In this document: piece after piece, positions 53,928-64,000 of the stretch
How positions within the stretch are numbered: position 1 is the stretch's first letter
Layout of the letters: the number at the start of each line of letters is the position of its first letter
Origin: Eledone cirrhosa
Taxonomy: Eukaryota
Direction of reading: 5' to 3'
Assembly: GCA_964016885.1 (NCBI GenBank)
Contig: OZ024745.1
Span: 80,104,001-80,168,000, forward strand
Length of the DNA stretch: 64,000 nucleotides
Notes under the pieces: model-generated
The model's input: only the letters and a program-made list of their open reading frames with translations
What the model was told of the DNA's origin: nothing
The model's database searches: none
Program-made: the position numbers and the translations under genes

Positions 53928-55731
53928 CATCATCATCATCATCATCATCAACTTTAACATCCGTGTTCCACGTTTGCATGGGTTTGGACGGGGGTTTTCC
54001 CACTTGAGGCAAGAGTGATTGTCTTGCTCGCATAGGACTGTCTGGTGGGTTTTCTACGGCTGGATGCCCTTCCTAACACCAACCACATTTACAGTGTGGG
54101 ACTGGGAGGTTTTTACCGTGTTGCCTACACGGCCACATTACAGCGTGGACTGTGTGTTTTTTTGTCGTGACACCTACACGATCTCATTTGTTTCAGCCTG
54201 GATTGTGTGGCACCAACATAACTTTACATAGAAGGGGGTGGTGTGGATGGGGGACGGGGGGGGACGGGGACGTGGGTGTATTTTGTTAGAGATGCCTACT
54301 GACTGTAGTAGGTTTTACTATGTATTTAGGCAAGGTGGGTCTTCTCTATGACTGAGTACCGCCAAAGGTCTCGGTCCAGTGACATTGTCTTCGAGAGGTG
54401 TAAGTATGTGAGGTCGGAGTCTATCAGCTCGTCCCAGGTTTTTCTAGGTCTGCCTATTCCATGGCTACCGTCTATCTTTATTGCCCTGTACTTTGTTATA
54501 CAGCTATCGACTTTCATGCACATCACGTGTCCATACCAACGTAGCCTTCTCTCGAGTAAACAACATCTGATCCCTCTTATTTCTCATTTTTTCCTTAGTT
54601 TGTTCATGCTTTGCCGTTCACGTATATTACTATTACACATCCAGCGGAGCATGCAAGCTTCGTTTCTCTCTAGTCTGCGTATATCCTCTGCACACAATGC
54701 CCAGGTCTCACTGCCATGCAACATTGCTGTTCGTATGCAGGCATCATACAACCTGCCTTTCATTTTTAGGGAGAACCCTTTAGCGGCTAATAGTGGTATA
54801 AGCTCTCTGAACTTTTTCAATCCAGTTCTGACTCTAGCTACTGTACTTTCAGAGCACCCGCCGCCACTGCTGATTTTGTCACCCAGGTAACAGAAGCTGT
54901 CCACTATTTCTATAGAGCCCTCTGCGCAGTTGTAAGAGCTAGTATTTTGTAGGCACTTGCTGCTACTTATTGCACCAGAGCACCGGCCACATGTAAAATC
55001 TATGTTCTTAGTTAGCTTACCTGTGATCCCACTACATCTTTTATGCACCCATACTTTGCATTTGGGACATAAAATGGAGTTTCTACCTACGCCTTTCCTA
55101 CACACTGAGCATGGCCATTTCCCGGAAGGGACCGCCGCCTTATTTTCTTTCCTACAAACTAGAACTTTAGTCTTAGCCAGGTTAATTTTAAGGCCTTTTG
55201 ATTCTAGGCCGTGCTTCCATGTTTGGAATTTCTTCTCTAGCACAGCCATTGATTCAGCTATGAGTGTTAGGTCGTCTGCGTATAGGGCAGCCGGTCTTGA
55301 ATTCCTCTGTTATAGCCTGAAGGGCAATAATAAATAGTAGGGGCTGAGAACAGAGCCCTGATGGACGCCAACTTTTACACTAAACTCTTCACTATGTTCG
55401 TTGTTAATTCTAACCTTGCTGACTGTTTCTTTATACATGGCTTGTATAGCTCTCACAAGCCATTCGTCGACACCTAGTTTTCTAAAGGCCCACCAGATAA
55501 TGGAATGGGGAACTCTGTCAAAGGCTTTCTCCAAGTCGACAAAAGCTAAGTAGAGGGGTTTACCTTTAGCTAGGTACTTCTCCTGTAGTTGTCGTACAAT
55601 GAAAAGAGCGTCTGTGGTACTTTTGCCTGACACAAACCCGAACTGCATTTCATCTAGGTCAATTCTCTCTCTGATTAGTTGCGCTATTACTTTTTCCGTG
55701 ACCTTCATGACCTGGTCGATTAATTTAATGC
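53928..55731 (-). mobile_element. Young RTE LINE, 5'-truncated
   Basis: ORFs 55310-, 54584-55249 and 54326-54526; (CAT)n at the left end. Confidence 0.93.
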
Positions 55732-55840
55732 ATATATATATATATACATACATGCATATATATATACATATATATACATATACATATATATACATATATA
55801 TACATATACATATATATATATATACATATATATACATATA

Positions 55841-55878
<38 letters not shown>

Positions 55879-55924
55879 TATACTTATACATATATATATA
55901 TATATATACATATATATACATATA

Positions 55925-55962
<38 letters not shown>

Positions 55963-56008
55963 TATACTTATACATATATATATATATATATACATATATA
56001 TACATATA

Positions 56009-56050
<42 letters not shown>

Positions 56051-56057
56051 TATATAC

Positions 56058-56094
<37 letters not shown>

Positions 56095-56173
56095 TATATA
56101 CATATACATATATATATATATATATATATACATATACCTATATATATATATATATACATATATATACATATAC

Positions 56174-56208
<35 letters not shown>

Positions 56209-56237
56209 CATATATACACATATATATATATATACAC

Positions 56238-56288
<51 letters not shown>

Positions 56289-56717
56289 TATATATATACA
56301 CATATATATATATATATACACATATATATATATATATATGGTAGCTGCCAACTCGTTTTCGAGTACGGCCACTACTTTATATCAATGTAGGAGAACCCCT
56401 GCCGATGCGCTGAACGAATGTGACTTTTTAGTCCAGCCAGCGACTTGAAAACTCTGGTACAAAGACTACACTTGTGACCATTATTGACACATAGTGCAGG
56501 GCCCATGGTACCATGTGAAGACAAGTGCAGAGAGATCTCCAGATATAAAGCAATGCCTGTGCTGTGAAGCTTTTATAGTGAGCAAAGGCACTGCACAAAG
56601 CCAGTCCCACTCTCTTAACCAAGATGATATTTACCAAAAAGAAGAACAAGTCAACATCATTAGATACCATCAGAGTTGCAGGTGTTATATCAGAGTTTTC
56701 CTTCTCCTAGAATATAT

Positions 56718-56756
<39 letters not shown>

Positions 56757-57013
56757 TATACATATACATATATATACATATATATACATATATATATACA
56801 TATATACATATATATACATATATATATATACATATATATACATATATATATATACATATATATACATATATATATATATACATATATATACATATATATA
56901 TATACATATATATACATATATATATATACATATATATACATATATATATATACATATATATACATATATATATATACATATATATATATACATATATATA
57001 CATATATATATAT

Positions 57014-57074
<61 letters not shown>

Positions 57075-57103
57075 CACATATATATATATACACATATATA
57101 TAT

Positions 57104-57157
<54 letters not shown>

Positions 57158-57254
57158 ATATATATATACATATATATACATATATATATATATACACATA
57201 TATATATATACATACATATATATATATACATACATATATATATATACATACATA

Positions 57255-57332
<78 letters not shown>

Positions 57333-57363
57333 CACATATATATATATACATACATATATATAT

Positions 57364-57412
<49 letters not shown>

Positions 57413-57431
57413 TATATATATATATATACAC

Positions 57432-57486
<55 letters not shown>

Positions 57487-57596
57487 TATATACATATATA
57501 CATATATATATATATATACATATATATACACATATATATATACATATATACATACATATATATATACATATATATATACATATATACATACATATA

Positions 57597-57632
<36 letters not shown>

Positions 57633-57661
57633 TATATATATACACATATATATATACATAT

Positions 57662-58035
57662 ATGGCTTAGTGGTTAGAGCATTGGCCTTGCAATCCAAAG
57701 GTTGTGAGTTCAATTCTCAGACCAGGTGATGTGTTGTTTCCTTGAGCAAGAGACTTTATTTCACATTGCTCCAGTTTACTCAGCTGTAGAAATGAGATGA
57801 TAGGGACTGGCGTCCCTATCATTCCACTGCAAAGTGGTTGTGGAGGTGCCACTGCAAAGAAGCACCCAGCCCACACTGTAAAGTGGATGTGGAGGTGCCA
57901 CGGCAAAAAAGCACCCAGCACTCACTGTAAATGAGCTTGGTGTTAGGAAAGGCATCCAGCTGTAGAAATCAAGCCAGAATCAGTTCCTGTCCCACCCTTG
58001 CAAGCTGGGAAAAGCGGACGTAAAATGATGATATG
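57662..58035 (+). mobile_element. SINE family B (a third, partial copy is at 63923-64000 on the minus strand)
   Basis: Matches 34127-34468; flanked by TA tracts. Confidence 0.8.
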
Positions 58036-58249
58036 ATATATATATACATATATATATACATACATATATACATACATATATATATACATATATATATACA
58101 TACATATATATATACATATATATATACATATATATATACATATATATATACATACATATATATATACATACATATATATATATATACATATATATATACA
58201 TATATATATACATATATATATATACATATATATATACATATATATATAC

Positions 58250-58280
<31 letters not shown>

Positions 58281-58325
58281 CATATACATATATACATATA
58301 TATATATACATATATATACATATAT

Positions 58326-58378
<53 letters not shown>

Positions 58379-58393
58379 CATATACATATATAC

Positions 58394-58424
<31 letters not shown>

Positions 58425-58703
58425 CATATACATATATACATATATATATACATATATATATATATACATATACATATATACATATATATACATATACATA
58501 CATATATATATAGATATACATATATATATACATATACATATATATATACATATATATATATACATATATATATACATATACATATATATATAGAGATATA
58601 CATATATATATAGATATACATATATATATACATATACATATATATATAGATATACATATATATATACATATACATATATATATACATATACATATATATA
58701 TAC

Positions 58704-58780
<77 letters not shown>

Positions 58781-59064
58781 CATATATATATATACATATA
58801 TATATATATACATATATATATATACATATATATATACATATATACATACATATATATACATATATATATACATATATATATATATATACATATATATACA
58901 TATATATATATATATATACATATATATACATATATATATACATATATATACATATAAACATATATATACATATATATATATATATGCATATATATATATG
59001 CATATATATATATATATATATATATATGCATATATATATATACATATATACATACATATATACA

Positions 59065-59095
<31 letters not shown>

Positions 59096-59199
59096 ATACA
59101 TATATAAATATATATATACATATAGTATAATAAAGCCAAAAAAATGCAGGTATGGACATAGAATAAGGAATGCAAATGCAAAAGATATTGACAATTAAT

Positions 59200-59566
59200 C
59201 TTTTACCTTAGATTTATTTAAATGTCCTTTATTTTCGAGATAATATCTCTTCTTCGGAGGGAAGTAAAGCGGTTAAACCAGTGTTCTAAATAGCTTGCCA
59301 AGTCATGCTGACAGGAAATGGTATAGAGTATCTGTCCTATCTATAATGTCGAAGAGTTAAGGTTAGGTGGATAAAGAGTAGTCTCCCTTCAAAATGGTTT
59401 TTTTTTTGTACATGCCTGTTTAAGTGTGTGGGAGAATGCATGAAGATGTAAGTATGTGAGTGTGTGTGTGTGAGAGTGAGAAGATGTCTATACGTAAATG
59501 TGGGGAATAGATGTTATCTCGTGTTAGAACTGGTCTTTGTGTGTGAGAGAGAATAAGTGGAGGTGT

Positions 59567-59612
<46 letters not shown>

Positions 59613-59763
59613 GTCCGTGACGGGGTGTCTGTAAATATGGGGCTAGAATCACTATCAAGTTATGAATTGGGTGTTGAGTTCTCGTCTATTATTGATTGGT
59701 GGTTGTGTTTTGTCTATAATTAGTGCTTACTTAATTCTAAGATTGCCGAGGTTTCTTTCCTTA
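59200..59763 (-). mobile_element. Second Penelope-like remnant
   Basis: Translates KERNLGNLRIK*ALIIDKTQPPINNRRE (GIY-YIG C-terminal motif with E mutated to stop), then (CA)n and a degenerate hammerhead core at 59233-59257. Confidence 0.65.
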
Positions 59764-59769
59764 CATATA

Positions 59770-59801
<32 letters not shown>

Positions 59802-59821
59802 CATATATATATATATACACA

Positions 59822-60229
59822 TAAGCCGACCTTACCCAACTACACCTCTCAAAGACAATGACACACGACCGTGACTTCTGGCGTCACGCAGTAATACAGA
59901 GTACCCGACCTCCCATGGGTACATGCTGAAGCATATAAACAATATGCCCCCACACCCCTCACCGCAAGGTGGTCGTGGAGGTGCCACGGCAAAAAAGCAC
60001 CCAGCCCACACTGTAAAGTGGGCGTGTAGGCGCCACGAAAAAGCACCCAGCACTCACTGTAAATGAGGTTGGTGTTAGGAAGGGCATCCAGCTGTAGAAA
60101 TCAAGCCAGATCAGTTCCTGTATGAGCAAGGCATGGTCAGCCGACCAGACACTGCACACAACAGGACAACCCGTCTAACCCATGCTAGCGTGGAAGAACG
60201 GACGTAAAACGGTGATGATGGTGATGATG

Positions 60230-60300
<71 letters not shown>

Positions 60301-60590
60301 AACAATATGCCCCCACACCCCTCACCGCAAGGTGGTCGTGGAGGTGCCACGGCAAAAAAGCACCCAGCCCACACTGTAAAGTGGACGTGTAGGCGCCACG
60401 AAAAAGCACCCAGCACTCACTGTAAATGAGGTTGGTGTTAGGAAGGGCATCCAGCTGTAGAAATCAAGCCAGATCAGTTCCTGTATGAGCAAGGCATGGT
60501 CAGCCGACCAGACACTGCCCACAACAGGACAACCCGTCTAACCCATGCTAGCGTGGAAGAACGGACGTAAAACGGTGATGATGATGATGA
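59822..60590 (+). mobile_element. Two tandem 3' ends of a second RTE subfamily (59822-60230 and 60298-60590)
   Basis: Near-identical direct copies ending CCATGCTAGCGTGG stem + CGGACGTAAAACG(GTGAT)(GAT)n; an older relative lies at about 8540-8985. Confidence 0.8.
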
Positions 60591-60733
60591 TATACATATA
60601 CATATATATATATACATATACATACATATATATATATACATATACATATATATATATATACATATACATATACATACACATATACATATACATATACATA
60701 CATATATATATACATATATATATATACATATAC

Positions 60734-60813
<80 letters not shown>

Positions 60814-60825
60814 ATACATATATAC

Positions 60826-60904
<79 letters not shown>

Positions 60905-60935
60905 CATATATATATACATATATATATATATATAC

Positions 60936-61220
<285 letters not shown>

Positions 61221-61354
61221 CATATATACGTATATATATACATATACATATATATACATATATATATACATATACATATATATATATACATATACATATA
61301 CATACATATATATATATACATATACATACATATATATATATACATATATATATG

Positions 61355-61454
<100 letters not shown>

Positions 61455-61630
61455 AAGAATGAATAATAACAGGTAGACATCATAAAAAGGTAATTTATTC
61501 CGTGTGCTTACAAGTGTTTCCACGGTGGTACTGCAGCCTAGTTCCGCTACGTGCAAATTCACAAGTACTTGCAGAACTCGAATATCTAATGCTGTGACCA
61601 CTGTTTCCTCAGAGCATATCCTCAGATATG

Positions 61631-63909
61631 ACGCTGATAAGAAGGTAGCTTGGAAGTGTCACTACGAAAGGCTTCTAAATGAGGAGAACAAATGGGAGAA
61701 AGACAGTCTCCCCCACATCGACCCAATAGAGGGACCAGCAGTGTTAGTCCAGGGTAGTACAATAAGCAAGGCAATCAAAGATATGAAGACGGGTAAGGCA
61801 GCTGGGCCTTCGGAAATAGTTGCTGAGATGCTGAAGGCATCTGGTTCGGTGGGACACACCATGGTCACCCGGATAGTTAACCAAGTCGTACAGAATGGGG
61901 TTGTTCTGAAGGACTGGCGTAGCAGCATCATCGTTAACTGCTATAAGGGAAAAGGAGATGCCCTAGATAGGAGTAACTATAAAGGCATTAAATTAATCGA
62001 CCAGGTCATGAAGGTCACGGAAAAAGTAATAGCGCAACTAATCAGAGAGAGAATTGATCTAGATGAAATGCAGTTCGGATTTGTGTCAGGCAAAAGTACC
62101 ACAGACGCTCTTTTCATTGTACGACAACTACAGGAGAAGTACCTAGCTAAAAGTAAACCCCTATACTTAGCTTTCGTCGACTTGGAGAAAGCCTTCGACA
62201 GAGTCCCCCGTTCCATTATCTGGTGGTCTCTTAGAAAACTAGGTGTTGACGAATGGCTTGTGAGAGCTATACAAGCCATGTATAAAGAAACAGTCAGTAA
62301 GGCTAGAATTAACAACGAATATAGTGAAGAGTTTAGCGTAAAAGTTGGTGTCCATCAGGGCTCTGTTCTTAGCCCCCTACTATTTATTATTGCCCTTCAG
62401 GCTATAACAGAGGAGTTCAAGACCGGCTGCCCATGGGAACTCCTATACGCAGATGATCTAACGCTCATAGCTGAATCAATGACCGAACTAGAGAAGAAAT
62501 TCCAAACATGGAAGCACGGCCTAGAATCAAAAGGCCTTAAAATTAACCTGGCTAAGACAAAAGTTCTAGTTTGGAGGAAAGAAAATATGGCGGCAGTCCC
62601 ATCTGGGAAATGGCCATGCTCAGTGTGTAGGAAAGGCGTAGGTAGAAACTCCATTTTATGTCCCAAATGCAAAGTATGGGTACATAAAAGATGTAGTGGG
62701 ATCACAGGTAAGCTAACTAAGAACATAGATTTTACATGTGGCCGGTGCTCTGGTGCAATAAGTAGCAGCAAGTGCCCACAAAATACTAGCTCCTTCAACT
62801 GCGCAGAGGGTTCTATAGAAATAGTGGACAGCTTCCGTTACCTGGGTGACAAAATCAGCAGTGGGGGAGGGTGCTCTGAAAGTACAGTAGCTAGAGTCAG
62901 AACTGGATGGAAAAAGTTCAGAGAGCTTATACCACTATTAGCCGCTAGAGGGTTCTCCCTAAAAATGAAAGGCAGGTTATACGATGCCTGCATACGAACA
63001 GCAATGCTGCATGGCAGTGAGACCTGGGCATTGTATGCAGAGGATATACGCAGACTAGAGAGGAACGAAGCTTGCATGCTCCGCTGGATGTGCAATAGTA
63101 ATATACGTGAACGGCAAAGCATAAACGAACTAAGGAAAAAATTAGAAATAAGAGGGATCAGATGTTGTTTACTCGAGAGAAGGCTACGTTGGTACGGTCA
63201 CATGATGCGCATGAAAGACGACAGCTGTATAACAAAGTGCAGGGCAATAAAGATAGACGGTAGCCACGGAGTAGGCAGACCCAGAAAAACATGGGACGAG
63301 CTGATAAATTCCGACCTCACACGCTTACACCTCTCCAAGACAATGTCACTGGACCGAGACCTTTGGCGGTACTCAGTAATAGAGAAGACCCGCCTTACCT
63401 AAATACAAAGTAAAAACCTACTACAGTCAGTAGGCATCTCTATCAAAACACCCCCCCGTTCCACCACCTCCACCCCATCCACACCGCCCCTTTCAATGTA
63501 CAGTTATGTTGGTCCCACAACATCCAGGCCGAAACAAATGAGATCGTGTAGGTGTCACGACAAAAAAAAACACACAGTTCACGCTGTAAATGTGGCCGTG
63601 TAGGCAACACGGTAAAAACCTCCCAGCCCCATACTGTAAATGTGGTTGGTGTTAGGAAGGGCATCCAGCTGTAGAAAACCCGCCAGACAGTCCACGCTGT
63701 AATGTGGCCGTGTAGGCAACACGGTAAAAACCTCCCAGCCCCACACTGTAAATGTGGTTTGTGTTAGGAAGGGCATCCAACTGTAGAAAACCCGCCAGAC
63801 AGTCCTATGCGAGCAAGACAACCACTCTTGCCTCAAGTGGGACTACCCCCGTCCAAACCCATGCAAGCGTGGAACACGGACGTTAAACGTTGATGATGAT
63901 GATGATGAT
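61631..63909 (+). mobile_element. Longest RTE LINE copy: uninterrupted RT-PHD-C-terminal frame to stop at 63402, lacking the APE domain
   Basis: Open frame with [53 protein letters not shown]; duplicated UTR segment; (GAT)n tail. Confidence 0.95.
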
Positions 63910-64000
63910 ATATATATATACATATCATCATTTCATTTTACGTCCGCTTTTCCCTGCTTGTAAGGGTGGGACGGGAACTGATTCTGGCTTGATTTCTACA

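Noticed and set aside
61504-61630. N-terminal extension of the 632-aa ORF as a host-RT fusion gene
   Set aside because: The start is GTG, with no ATG or clear splice acceptor evidence; most simply chance open flank upstream of a 5'-truncated LINE.

Overview
Eukaryotic, AT-rich, repeat-dense genomic DNA. The SINE/RTE repertoire and the huge (TA)n/(TACA)n tracts suggest an octopod cephalopod (inference). The left half holds a six-coding-exon inhibitor-of-apoptosis (IAP) gene on the minus strand (26553 to 10332), which I assembled by hand from GT-AG junctions. It encodes 4 BIR + UBA + RING (about 585 codons) and has an in-frame TAA at codon 10. A paralogous IAP RING exon faces it tail-to-tail on the plus strand (4597-4793). 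The rest is mobile DNA: non-autonomous Helitrons, two tRNA-derived SINE families, old Rex3/Expander-like RTE, CRE-like and R4-like LINE remnants, mariner/Tc1/pogo remnants, and many young RTE LINE copies (with a PHD finger inside the RT) embedded in TA microsatellites from about 29 kb onward. The least obvious signal is a set of type-I hammerhead ribozyme motifs with palindromic stem III: six well formed and about six partial or degenerate. Several sit inside small inverted-repeat elements, two lie in a perfect 336-bp palindrome, and two lie next to Penelope GIY-YIG remnants. Nearly all long Y/I/H-rich ORFs in the supplied track are microsatellite artefacts.
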